64,000 nt of DNA from Oscillatoriales cyanobacterium (GTDB lineage: Bacteria; Cyanobacteriota; Cyanobacteriia; Cyanobacteriales; Laspinemataceae): the NCBI GenBank assembly GCA_011390955.1, contig JAABRM010000001.1, forward strand, positions 46,694 through 110,693. Reading direction: 5' to 3'. Positions 37,447-47,107 of this stretch are shown piece by piece (the first letter of the stretch is position 1; each line of letters begins with the position of its first letter). Below the pieces are notes generated by a model, which did no database searches, was not told the origin of the DNA, and saw only the letters and a list, made by a program, of their open reading frames with translations. The position numbers and the translations under genes are program-made.

Positions 37447-38628
37447 TTAAGCCGTCTGGCGAATTAACACAACCGGAGTTTGTTCGTTACCATTGCCAGC
37501 CGGGTTATTTCTTAAAGCAGCTACTAAAAAGTCAGAGGAAATATCAGAGGTTGCTGCCAATATCTTAACTGCTTTCAAGTCATTCACATCGACGATCGCC
37601 GCCGAAATGCCAGTTTCTCGTTTAATTCGATCCACCACTTGCTGGGGATTTTCCGGGCCGAGGACAATAAATTGATCGTAAGGGGGCAAAGTGCCGGTGA
37701 CATCATCGATTAAACGGGCTTGTTCCCCAGCTAACTGGTAAAAAGCGCCGCGATAACCAAAAACCCTGGCGATCGCCCCGCCGACAAAGGCCAAAAATAC
37801 CCGCACCGGGCCGACCACATCCACCAAAGACTGTAACCCACAAGCGGTGGCTAAACTGGAAGTAGGCAAGAAAAAATAACACAATCGTTTAGCCACAAAT
37901 CCGGGCTTGACGAAGCTAGGATCTCGCCACCGCCCTTGGATAATCGCCACGGGAGTTTCCCCAATGGCCACAATATCTCCCGGTTTAGCATGAGGCTGGA
38001 CATATCGCTTCACCACCTCCACCAGATCGTCGGAATTGGCCAGCAAATGGGTTTTCACCGGCAACACCTGACCCTTGGCTTCGGGAACATCTCGCCACCC
38101 CGGATTTTCTGCCGGATTGGGAAACTTTAACGGCACAATAATATGTTTAACCTTGGGAATGCGTCCTTCGGGGCCATAAGTCAGGTAATTAACTTTTACC
38201 CAAGCAGTTTGCAAGTCGCTGAGATTTTCCCCTTGAATATCAATCGTAACTTGCATTTGCGTGGTTTTACGCACTTTGACAATATAGGCATCCCAATAGC
38301 CATCCGCCCGGGCTGGGGTATCTGCATGCATGGATTTGACGTGAGTCTGAGTCTGAATTTTCGTCAAACTGCCTTCAGACAGTAACGTCACCTCCGCAGA
38401 CACTTGGGGCAGCATGATTTCCAAGTTGGGCGTCAGGTTGCGAAACTCCACGACCCCCACTAATTGCCAATGCTGGGGAGACAAGGTTTCTTGTTGCCAC
38501 TTGCCGGTAGTCAGTTCTAAATCGTTCCCCGGACGGCGGCGGTATTGTAACTCTAGGGACACACCAGCGACACCGATCGCGAGGGCTGCCGCACCTAATC
38601 CCAGTCCAATTGTTTCTGCGATCGCCAC
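37447..38628 (-). CDS. membrane-anchored protein with C-terminal CofE-like (F420-0:gamma-glutamyl ligase family) domain
   Basis: N-terminal TM 'IGLGLGAAALAIGVAGV'. C-terminal 'AKPGDIVAIGETPVAIIQGRWRD' and 'TLPPYDQFIVLGPENPQQVVDRIKRETGISAAIVDVNDL' parallel CofE 'EDGDVLVVCSTVISKAEGR' / 'LLPPLDPDGSAEKLRRRILELTGKRVGVIITDTNGR'. Confidence 0.5.
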   Translation of the reverse strand: MAIAETIGLGLGAAALAIGVAGVSLELQYRRRPGNDLELTTGKWQQETLSPQHWQLVGVVEFRNLTPNLEIMLPQVSAEVTLLSEGSLTKIQTQTHVKSMHADTPARADGYWDAYIVKVRKTTQMQVTIDIQGENLSDLQTAWVKVNYLTYGPEGRIPKVKHIIVPLKFPNPAENPGWRDVPEAKGQVLPVKTHLLANSDDLVEVVKRYVQPHAKPGDIVAIGETPVAIIQGRWRDPSFVKPGFVAKRLCYFFLPTSSLATACGLQSLVDVVGPVRVFLAFVGGAIARVFGYRGAFYQLAGEQARLIDDVTGTLPPYDQFIVLGPENPQQVVDRIKRETGISAAIVDVNDLKAVKILAATSDISSDFLVAALRNNPAGNGNEQTPVVLIRQTA

Positions 38629-38702
38629 AAATCCTCCAAAAATAAACTCAAAATTACATAATGAGTTTATTATGCTTAGATCCCAAGTGGATTTCCGAAA
38701 TA

Positions 38703-39002
38703 TTCGTTATTTGTTGTTGGTTGTTGGTTATTCGTTATTTGTTCTTGGTTGTTTGTTCTTTGTTGTTCGTTGTTCGTTGGTTGTTCGTTGGTTGTTGTTC
38801 GTTGGTTGTTGTTCGTTGGTTGTTCAACAATCAACAATCAACAATCAACCACCAACAAAGAACAAACCACCGATCGCTTACCACCAACAAACAACAAACA
38901 ACAAACAACAAACAACAAAGAACAAAGAACAAAGAACAAACAACAAACAACTTGCCAACAAACAACAAACAACAAACAACAAACAACAAACAACAATCAA
39001 CC
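38703..39002. repeat. large STRR-like inverted array (TTGTTGG/TTGTTCG arm then CAACAAA/CAAAGAA arm)
   Basis: Direct reading. It fills the entire 370-bp intergenic region between two minus-strand genes. Confidence 0.85.
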
Positions 39003-39617
39003 TTACATTAAGAAATTTTGTGTCATCGTCACGTTGCCAGAGGTCAATTCCACGGTAAACTCTTCTCCCCGTTCAACCGTAAACTCTAATTGAATCACCT
39101 CACTGGTCGGATGGGCGGTCGCGCAGCCGCGAACATCCCCCAAAGGAGAAAGCACAGTCATCAGCAGATTTTCTGGTAAATAATGTAAATCCGTCCCATG
39201 AACTTGTAAAAGAATGCTGGTTTTGGTGGAAGATTCGTTTTTCAGAGTGACAATTAGGGCGACTGGGGATTCTAAATAAATCAACTTGGTGCGTTTTACT
39301 CCAGCAGTTTGTAACGCAATCTGGGTTTCTGCTGAAGTTCCTGTGGGGGCAAAAATATCCTCAATAGAATGCCAATCAGGTTCAAATACATCGTGGAACC
39401 ACTGCCGCAGTCTGACGGGCAATTCGGTGAAATCCTCCCCCCAATTTTCTAGCCAATCGCTTTCAACATCTTCAACATAAAGATTGACATAATCAAAGCC
39501 AGAGTTAATTCTTTCTTGCTGTAATTTCTCTGCATCTTCTAGTAAATGCCAAATTCTTTCAAGCCGGTCTTTATTGCTCAGATTGCTAGTAGTTATGCTC
39601 ATGGATGGCTTTTTCAA
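39003..39617 (-). CDS. hypothetical protein sharing a C-terminal domain with 17876-19036
   Basis: C-terminus 'TVERGEEFTVELTSGNVTMTQNFLM' vs 'SVGEQFSIRLSLGEVSITENFVI'. Confidence 0.5.
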   Translation of the reverse strand: MKKPSMSITTSNLSNKDRLERIWHLLEDAEKLQQERINSGFDYVNLYVEDVESDWLENWGEDFTELPVRLRQWFHDVFEPDWHSIEDIFAPTGTSAETQIALQTAGVKRTKLIYLESPVALIVTLKNESSTKTSILLQVHGTDLHYLPENLLMTVLSPLGDVRGCATAHPTSEVIQLEFTVERGEEFTVELTSGNVTMTQNFLM

Positions 39618-39661
39618 CAGTTAGAATGTTTGAGAATGTTTTTATTTTTTTGTATTTCAAT

Positions 39662-40360
39662 TCACTTGCCAAAAGTGAATTTTAAGTAATTTTTGTTGGG
39701 CAAATTTTTACTATTATATAAAACCAAATTGACAACTTGAACAATGAACTCCTCCTGACTGGGATTAAAACTAACAAATAACCCGCGTTCTATATTCCAC
39801 TGTCGTAAAGTATATTCCCATTTATCATATTTAATTTGAGAATATTCATCAGCTAACGTGGTAATTTGAACACAGAGAGGCAGACCTTTCTCACTGCTGA
39901 CAATCACATCAGTGGCCATAGAAAAATCAGCGATATAACGATGCACAACGTTCCCGTGACGTTGTTGAATTTGCTCCGCGATCGCTTTAATCAATTCAGT
40001 ATCCGTGGGATTAAACTCTCCCGATCTTAATTTTTGTTTCCAAATATAAAATTTTTGATCGCGATCGCGAAACCAGGTGGGAAATAGATATTCATACCAA
40101 TATCTTACCGTAGGAGTAAGCTGATCTAAAAAACATTGTCTTTCATCGGGACTAAGGACTTCCAACTCCAACCAAATTTCTGCATCTTTAATCAGTTCTA
40201 AGAGAAATCCCATTAAAAATTTTTTTTGCAGCAGGGAACCGGACTTGATGTCTTTAATCCAGCGCCAGATTTCCTCTAGCCGTTTAGCGAGAACTGGCTC
40301 GACGACCGAGGCTAGTGTAATCAGTTGTTTGAGTCTCGGTTCGATCTCCCTCGCGTGCAA
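39662..40360 (-). CDS. hypothetical protein
   Basis: 232-codon ORF with no recognised motif. Confidence 0.45.
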   Translation of the reverse strand: MHAREIEPRLKQLITLASVVEPVLAKRLEEIWRWIKDIKSGSLLQKKFLMGFLLELIKDAEIWLELEVLSPDERQCFLDQLTPTVRYWYEYLFPTWFRDRDQKFYIWKQKLRSGEFNPTDTELIKAIAEQIQQRHGNVVHRYIADFSMATDVIVSSEKGLPLCVQITTLADEYSQIKYDKWEYTLRQWNIERGLFVSFNPSQEEFIVQVVNLVLYNSKNLPNKNYLKFTFGK

Positions 40361-40776
40361 ACCATATCCCCCTGAAAATAGACAAGTTTTTTTCCTGTCA
40401 AGCTTGTATCATATTACACTTTTGTGGCCTTAAAGTAATTTTCCCTCAAGGGAATCGACCATGTACCAAAATTTAAGCAAAAATTAATCAAGCATTAATT
40501 TTTATCAAGCAAAGAGGGCGATCGCCCTTTTGCTCAAAGGCTAGAGATCCAGAAAATCAGCCAAGTCAGGCAGCAAGGGAATGGGGACAATGGCACAGTT
40601 TAGGATCGTCGCGATCGGTTTAACTGCCGATGAATGGGAGAGGATGGATAAATCGAGAACTCCGGCACAACTAACAAGGAACTAGACGCGATCGCCCGCG
40701 CAGATGTTGCTTTTGAGCAGCGTAAATCCATCAGCCACCGCGATCGCATCTATGGCATAAATCGCATCGGCTGTAA

Positions 40777-42567
40777 TTATTTCTGGCCCTTCTTCATTTT
40801 AAAATAATCTTCCATCACTTGCAGTGCCTTTGGTGCCGCAAAACCGCCACCACCGCCGCCAGAATTTTCCCCAAAAACCACCACCACAATTTCGGGTTTG
40901 TCATAAGGGACATAGCCGCCATACCAAGCATGGGATAGACGGGGCGGATCTTCAGCCGTACCAGTCTTGCCAGCATTTGGGGGAATCGTTTTCACATTCA
41001 TCACCTGACCTGTTCCCGATGTCACCACCCGTCGCAAACCAGATTGCAAAACGTTGAGGGCTTCCTTGCTTAATCCAATCGATCGCCGATTTTTTTTCGC
41101 TTCGGGATTATCCTTGAGCAAGTGAGGTTGCACCAGATAGCCGCCATTGGCAGGAACTGCATTCATCAGGGCTACTTGCAGAGGGGTAGCCAAGAGAAAC
41201 CCTTGACCAATGGACATATTCACCGTATCTCCCTCAAACCACTCTTCGTTTCTGTACTTGCGTTTCCAGGCATCATCAGCCACCAGTCCGGGGTCTTCTT
41301 CAGCAGCCAACTCAATGCCGGTCTTGGAGCCAAAGCTAAACCGTCTCGTCCATTCAATTAAAGTTGGGCCACCGATAGTCATGCCCACTTGATAAAAGAA
41401 AGTATCGCTACTCCAAGCCATCGCGCCATCAAATCCTAATGGGCCAAATCCAGCTAGGTTCCAATCCCAAAACTGGATGCCGCCAGCGACAATGTACGGA
41501 TAAGTGGGTAGTACCGTATAAGGATCGAACTTACCCGACTTGAGCGCCGCGACAGTGGTAATAATTTTAAAGGTACTAGCCGGGGGAAAGCCTCGCAAAG
41601 CCCGGTTGACAAACGGGTGATCCGATCCTTGGACTTGTTGCCAAATTTCTTCAGTGACAGGCTGGGAAAAGACATTGGGGTCATAGACCGGGCGGCTGAC
41701 CATTGCTAAAATCGCGCCATCGTTCGGATCCATGACTACAATCGCTCCCTGGGTATCGCCCAGAGCTTTTTCGGCGGCTCTTTGGATATCCAGGTCAATG
41801 GTCAAAGTTATATCTTGACCAGCTTGGGCGGGTTCTTCCCCCAAATACTTCATAATTTGGCCCGTACTATCAACTTCTACTTGCTGCCCACCCCATTTAC
41901 CACGCAATTTGTTTTCTAAACCGGCTTCAATTCCTAACTGACCAATAATGTCACCGAGACGATATCCTTTGGGTTTGAGTTGTGCTAAAGAAGTTTCATC
42001 CACTTCGCCGGTATAGCCTAAAACATGAGCCGCCAGAGTGCCGTTGGGATAGTAACGCAAGGCTTCATACTCTACGTCTACTCCGGGTAATTCATTACTG
42101 AATTCGCCAATTAAGGTGGCTTGTTCCGCTGTCAAACCCCGGGCGATGCGGATTTGCTGCGTAGACTCATAGCCATTTTCCGCTCTTTCGATCTGCCTGG
42201 ATAACTCAGCTTCAGGAATATTGAGGATTTCCGAGATGCGTTTTAGAATCGGCTTCCAATCGTCTGAGGTATGGGATCTTGGCCAAACAAATAACGCTTT
42301 AGATAGGCGAGATGTGGCCATAATTCTGCCTTTTCGGTCAAAGATGTTGCCTCTGGCTGGTTGTTTGGCAATCAGCCGAATTCGGTTTTCATCGGCGACG
42401 GATCGAAAGCGATCGCCTTCGATTAGTTGCAGATAGGCTAAACGCCAGACAATGCCACCAAACAGCATTAAACTTATCAGTCCCATCATCACAAAAGACT
42501 GATAATGTTGTCCGACGGTACGAAGTTTAGATTTCTGACGATCTGAGTAAGACTGCATCAAGGTCAT
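40777..42567 (-). CDS. mrdA: penicillin-binding protein 2 (peptidoglycan D,D-transpeptidase)
   Basis: N-terminal TM, SxxK 'ASTFKIITT', and 'KTGTAE' motif. Confidence 0.85.
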   Translation of the reverse strand: MTLMQSYSDRQKSKLRTVGQHYQSFVMMGLISLMLFGGIVWRLAYLQLIEGDRFRSVADENRIRLIAKQPARGNIFDRKGRIMATSRLSKALFVWPRSHTSDDWKPILKRISEILNIPEAELSRQIERAENGYESTQQIRIARGLTAEQATLIGEFSNELPGVDVEYEALRYYPNGTLAAHVLGYTGEVDETSLAQLKPKGYRLGDIIGQLGIEAGLENKLRGKWGGQQVEVDSTGQIMKYLGEEPAQAGQDITLTIDLDIQRAAEKALGDTQGAIVVMDPNDGAILAMVSRPVYDPNVFSQPVTEEIWQQVQGSDHPFVNRALRGFPPASTFKIITTVAALKSGKFDPYTVLPTYPYIVAGGIQFWDWNLAGFGPLGFDGAMAWSSDTFFYQVGMTIGGPTLIEWTRRFSFGSKTGIELAAEEDPGLVADDAWKRKYRNEEWFEGDTVNMSIGQGFLLATPLQVALMNAVPANGGYLVQPHLLKDNPEAKKNRRSIGLSKEALNVLQSGLRRVVTSGTGQVMNVKTIPPNAGKTGTAEDPPRLSHAWYGGYVPYDKPEIVVVVFGENSGGGGGGFAAPKALQVMEDYFKMKKGQK

Positions 42568-42710
42568 AATTATGGCTATTTGCGGGAATTATTGCATATC
42601 TGTTATGCAACCCCACTTCACTATGAGGACGGGGTTTCTGAATCGGCGATCGGTACAATCTAGTCAATTATAAGTTATAAAGCAATCAGGCTAACTCAAA
42701 CATTACAGGG

Positions 42711-43862
42711 GTGACAATGGGCGGACGTGCCATGAGTTTTTCAACTGCTGCTACACAACCATCAGACATCACCGGGCAAGACACGCCCTTGGACGTGGAA
42801 TTGCGAAAAGTTTTTAAGGTGTTTGATGGGAATACCGTTGTCCGGGCTGTAGACCTGGATATTCATCGAGGAGAGTTTTTTAGTATTCTGGGGTCTTCTG
42901 GCTGCGGGAAAACCACAACCCTGCGTTTAATTGCCGGGTTTGAAACGCCTTCCGCTGGAGAGGTACTCATTCGGGGCAAGTCAATGACCCAAGTGCCGCC
43001 CTATCAAAGACCTGTGAATACCGTATTTCAAAGCTATGCCCTGTTTAATCACATGAGCGTAGCGGAAAATATTGCTTTTGGATTACGAATTAAACGCTTG
43101 GGCAAAGCGGAAATTGAAGACCGGGTTCGGCAAGCGCTGAAATTAGTCAAGATGGAAGAATTTGCGAACCGGGTTCCCACTTCACTCTCAGGGGGTCAAC
43201 AGCAACGAGTCGCTTTAGCCAGAGCACTGGTAAACCGACCTGCGGTGATTTTACTGGATGAACCCCTGGGCGCTTTGGATTTGAAGCTGCGGAAAGAGAT
43301 GCAAGTGGAGTTATCCAATTTACATAAAGACTTAGGCTTAACTTTTGTGATGGTGACGCACGATCAACAAGAAGCCCTGAGTCTTTCCGATCGCATTGCG
43401 GTGATGCGTCAAGGTCGGGTTGAGCAAATTGGTTCACCGACGGAAATCTATGAACGACCCAAAACAACTTTTGTGGCGGATTTTATCGGCGATACTAATT
43501 TGCTGGAAGGGCGGATCGAAAGTGCCGAGCGCACCAATTTACAAATCCGCACCAATAGCAACCTGAAAATCGGGGTACAAACCCCAGAACCCTGGAGTAA
43601 TTCGGGAACTCAGGTTGCCGTGAGCGTGCGACCGGAACGGATTCAATTGAGTCTGTATGAACCGGAAAACCAAATCAATTGTTTTGAAGCCCGCCTGGAA
43701 CATATTATGTATCTGGGAACCCATGTGCATTATGTGGTGAAGTTAACTTCAGGGGATCGGCTAACAATTATGCAACCGAACACCCTGGGTAGCTTGCCAG
43801 AATTACACACGCGGATTTATGTTCACTGGTCGCCAACGAACTGTATCGCGATCGCCCAGTAG
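42711..43862 (+). CDS. potA: spermidine/putrescine ABC transporter ATP-binding protein
   Basis: Walker A 'GSSGCGKTT'. Signature 'LSGGQQQRVALARAL'. Walker B 'ILLDEPLGALD'. C-terminal TOBE-like region. Confidence 0.85.
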   Translation: MTMGGRAMSFSTAATQPSDITGQDTPLDVELRKVFKVFDGNTVVRAVDLDIHRGEFFSILGSSGCGKTTTLRLIAGFETPSAGEVLIRGKSMTQVPPYQRPVNTVFQSYALFNHMSVAENIAFGLRIKRLGKAEIEDRVRQALKLVKMEEFANRVPTSLSGGQQQRVALARALVNRPAVILLDEPLGALDLKLRKEMQVELSNLHKDLGLTFVMVTHDQQEALSLSDRIAVMRQGRVEQIGSPTEIYERPKTTFVADFIGDTNLLEGRIESAERTNLQIRTNSNLKIGVQTPEPWSNSGTQVAVSVRPERIQLSLYEPENQINCFEARLEHIMYLGTHVHYVVKLTSGDRLTIMQPNTLGSLPELHTRIYVHWSPTNCIAIAQ

Positions 43863-43924
43863 GGGCGAGCAAGGGAATCGCCCGGAGATTCGAGAATTGC
43901 CCCTAACATACCAGAAAGCAAATC

Positions 43925-44356
43925 TTGCGGATGTTTCAAGACCCAACTATGACAATCAAAGGCTTAAATCAATTGCTGGCTGAGTTGGAATCACACTGCC
44001 CGAAACAGGCGATCCTGACCTTTTTGGGCAGTGATGGTCAACCCTTCGTGATTAACCTGTATCGCCAAGGCAACCAAGTCCAATATGGAGAGGAACCATA
44101 CAGCCAAGAATTATTTCTCAGGCAAATTCAGATCCAATGCGATCCTGTGGCATCGATCATATTGCGTTCCTTTACCCCCGAGATCGATCCGATCACCCAA
44201 CTGCCCATCAAAGAACTGCGGGGATATGTACTTCAACGCCAGGGGAATCTCCTGGAGTTTGAAAAAATTTCTCCAGAAACGATGTTTGCCTGTCAAAATA
44301 CTGATGCTCAAACTGGTGAACCACTGGCTTTAGAACAATCAGTACGCTACTGTTGA
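43925..44356 (+). CDS. hypothetical protein embedded between potA and potD
   Basis: 143-codon ORF with no motif recognised. Confidence 0.4.
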   Translation: MRMFQDPTMTIKGLNQLLAELESHCPKQAILTFLGSDGQPFVINLYRQGNQVQYGEEPYSQELFLRQIQIQCDPVASIILRSFTPEIDPITQLPIKELRGYVLQRQGNLLEFEKISPETMFACQNTDAQTGEPLALEQSVRYC

Positions 44357-44491
44357 TTCAAACCAATCATGGTCAGATTCTACGGGTAGACATCACGGGT
44401 AGAAATTAAATTTTCCCCGTATCCCCCAATGGGAGTTCGTGCCTCCTCCGACATCACTCCGACGAAATCACATAGAACACCTCGCATCTAT

Positions 44492-45613
44492 ATGACTCAA
44501 ACTCGACGCCAATTTTTACAAAGTTCTGCGGCTGCGCTTTCTGGTCTAGCGCTGTCTGGTTGTGGGTGGACTCTAGGGGGTAATCCCTTTGATGACAGCG
44601 GGGATGATGACACAGGACCGCCGATGACCCAGACCTCCGCCAGCGATCTCTATATCTACACTTGGGCCGATTACACTGACTCAGAGTTAATCGAAACCTT
44701 TAGAAAACAAACCGGCATCAAAGTCATTGTGGATATTTTTGACTCCAATGAAGCAATGTTGGCTAAGGTTCAAGCGGGCGGTGGCGGAGCCTACAGTATT
44801 ATTTATCCCTCGGATTCTTGGGTCAAACGGATGGTGGATTTGAGACTGCTACAACCCCTTGACCACTCTCGTCTGAAGGGGATCGAGAATCTATTTGAGA
44901 AGTTTCAAAATCCTGACTACGATCCGGGAAATCGTTACAGTTTACCCTTCACTTGGGGAACCACTGGCTTAATTTATAATGCCGAAAAACTTTCATCTGC
45001 CCCCACCGATTGGGATTACCTCTGGGAACAGCAAAAAAAATTATCTCGGCAAGTGACATTAATCAACGATCCGCGAGAAGTGATCGGGGCTTCCCTGCGA
45101 TCGCTGGGTTACTCCTACAATTCCGAAAACCCCGCAGAAATACAAGCAGCTTATGAAAAATTGCTAGACCTCAAAGATACACTGGCAACATTTACCACTG
45201 ATGGTTGGCGAGATTTAATATTAGCCGGAGACTTAACAATGGCAATGGGTTATTCTTTTGACGCCCTAAATGTAGCCAATGAAAACCCAAATTTAAAATA
45301 TCTGGTGCCTCAAAGTGGTACTTCTTTGTGGATAGATACAATGGTTATTCCCGCCGGGGCGCCGAATGTAGCCGGGGCTTACAAATGGTTAAACTTCATG
45401 TTGCAACCAGAAGTAACTGTCTCGCTCTGTGAGCGACTTTATTTTGCCACACCCAACAAGAAAGCATTCAATCAATTACCCCAAAAGTTGCAAGAAAATC
45501 CGACTTTATTCCCCCCTGAGTATGTCCTGGTAAAGTGTGAATCAATTATGCCTTTAAGTATAGAAAAAGAGAAAAAATATGCCCGATATTGGGTTAAACT
45601 AAAGAGCAGTTAA
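44492..45613 (+). CDS. potD: spermidine/putrescine ABC transporter substrate-binding lipoprotein
   Basis: Start chosen at ATG 44492 so that the Tat/lipobox signal 'MTQTRRQFLQSSAAALSGLALSGC' is N-terminal. PotD-like body. Confidence 0.8.
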   Translation: MTQTRRQFLQSSAAALSGLALSGCGWTLGGNPFDDSGDDDTGPPMTQTSASDLYIYTWADYTDSELIETFRKQTGIKVIVDIFDSNEAMLAKVQAGGGGAYSIIYPSDSWVKRMVDLRLLQPLDHSRLKGIENLFEKFQNPDYDPGNRYSLPFTWGTTGLIYNAEKLSSAPTDWDYLWEQQKKLSRQVTLINDPREVIGASLRSLGYSYNSENPAEIQAAYEKLLDLKDTLATFTTDGWRDLILAGDLTMAMGYSFDALNVANENPNLKYLVPQSGTSLWIDTMVIPAGAPNVAGAYKWLNFMLQPEVTVSLCERLYFATPNKKAFNQLPQKLQENPTLFPPEYVLVKCESIMPLSIEKEKKYARYWVKLKSS

Positions 45614-45736
45614 TTTGTGATTTTAATTGATTACAGATGTAAAAAAATACCTAAATTTAAACCACTAAAAATTATTAATTCAAGTAGATTAATTGTTATA
45701 AACACTCCCCAAAAATAGCCAAAATTTCTGATATTT

Positions 45737-46750
45737 GTGAGGATTTATCTGAAGAAATATCCTAAACTCTCACAGTCATTAATTCACCCTGGAAAAATTA
45801 CTCATGTCATTATGACTCCACCTTCTACTGTATCGACCAATAAGCCCAAACCAGAATCAGCCTTAAATCATCGTTGGCAACCGAATTGGCTTGGCCCTTT
45901 GGCATTGCTTGGCCCATCAGGAGTTTGGTTAGTGTTATTGTTGGTGCTGCCCACCTTGGTGATTTTTCAACTAAGTTTGGTGCCGGAAATCCAACCAGGG
46001 GAAAAAGTGATTCCCTCCGGGCTGGATAATTATTGTCGAGTCTTGGGATTCGATCGCTGTCAATGGGCTAATTTCGATCCGGTTTATTTACAAGTGATTG
46101 GCCGATCGCTCATGCTGGCATCTGGCACCACCAGCATTTGTTTGATCCTCGGATTTCCTGTGGCTTACTGGTTGGCCCTGCAAACTCCCAAACGGTGGCA
46201 AAATTTACTGTTATTAGGTTTTGTTTTGCCTTTGTGGACTTCTTCCCTGCTGCGGTCTTATGCCTGGAAAACCATTTTGCGGCCTACTGGGGTACTGAAT
46301 AGCATTATCGCCACCGTGGGACTACCCCCGACGGATTTGTTGCACTCTACGTCAGCGGTACTGATTGGCATGAGTTACAGCTTTTTGCCTTATATGGTAC
46401 TGATTCTTTATGCTTCTTTGGAAAAACTCGATCGCCGTTTGTTGGAAGCGGCGGCGGATTTGGGCGCTAATCCCGTGGAAGTCTTTTTGAAAGTAACCGT
46501 GCCCCAAACCCTGCCGGGAATTGCAGCGGGTTGTTTGCTGGTGTTTATCAGCGGTCTGGGGGATTTTGTCGATCCCGAACTTCTCGGTGGTGCCTCCAGC
46601 ATGACGGTATCTCGGTTAATTTACGATCAATTTTTGGGGGCAGCGCGGGATTGGGGCTTTGGTTCGGCCCTGAGTATGGTGTTAATTACGGCGGTGAGTA
46701 TTGCGATCGCGTTGATGATTCGCTTTGGTGATGCCAGTCCGAAAAAGTAA
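45737..46750 (+). CDS. potB: spermidine/putrescine ABC transporter permease
   Basis: Six hydrophobic segments. EAA-like loop 'LEAAADLGANPVEVFLKVTVPQTLPGI'. True start possibly downstream of 45737. Confidence 0.8.
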   Translation: MRIYLKKYPKLSQSLIHPGKITHVIMTPPSTVSTNKPKPESALNHRWQPNWLGPLALLGPSGVWLVLLLVLPTLVIFQLSLVPEIQPGEKVIPSGLDNYCRVLGFDRCQWANFDPVYLQVIGRSLMLASGTTSICLILGFPVAYWLALQTPKRWQNLLLLGFVLPLWTSSLLRSYAWKTILRPTGVLNSIIATVGLPPTDLLHSTSAVLIGMSYSFLPYMVLILYASLEKLDRRLLEAAADLGANPVEVFLKVTVPQTLPGIAAGCLLVFISGLGDFVDPELLGGASSMTVSRLIYDQFLGAARDWGFGSALSMVLITAVSIAIALMIRFGDASPKK

Positions 46751-46751
46751 T

Positions 46752-47075
46752 TCTTTGTTATTTGTTATTTGTTGATTGTTGATTGTTATTTGTTGATTGT
46801 TGATTGTTGATGGTTGATTGTTGATTGTTGATTGTTGATGGTTGATTGTTGATTGTTGATTGTTGATTGTTGATTGTTGATTGTTGATTGTTGATTGTTG
46901 AACAACGAACAACTAACAACCAACAACTAACAACCAACCAACAACGAAAGAATCCCTACCCAAAGAATCCCTACCCAACAACTAACAACCAACCAACAAG
47001 AACCAACAACCAACCAACAACAACCAACAAACAACCAACAACAACCAACAAACAACCAACAACAAACAACAAATC
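46752..47075. repeat. large STRR-like inverted array (TTGTTGA/TTGTTAT arm then CAACAAC/CCAACAA arm) inside the pot operon
   Basis: Starts 2 nt after the potB stop and ends 33 nt before the potC start. Confidence 0.85.
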
Positions 47076-47107
47076 CTATAATAATTGATTAATTGGAATA
47101 GATTTCA

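Noticed and set aside
38414-39093. ORFs 38414-39058, 38661-39011, 38749-39093 (+)
   Set aside because: They are translations of the STRR inverted array (CCLLFV / QQTTNNK peptides); there is no start context or motif.
46682-47088. ORFs 46682-46912(-) and 46888-47088(+)
   Set aside because: STRR array translations between potB and potC.
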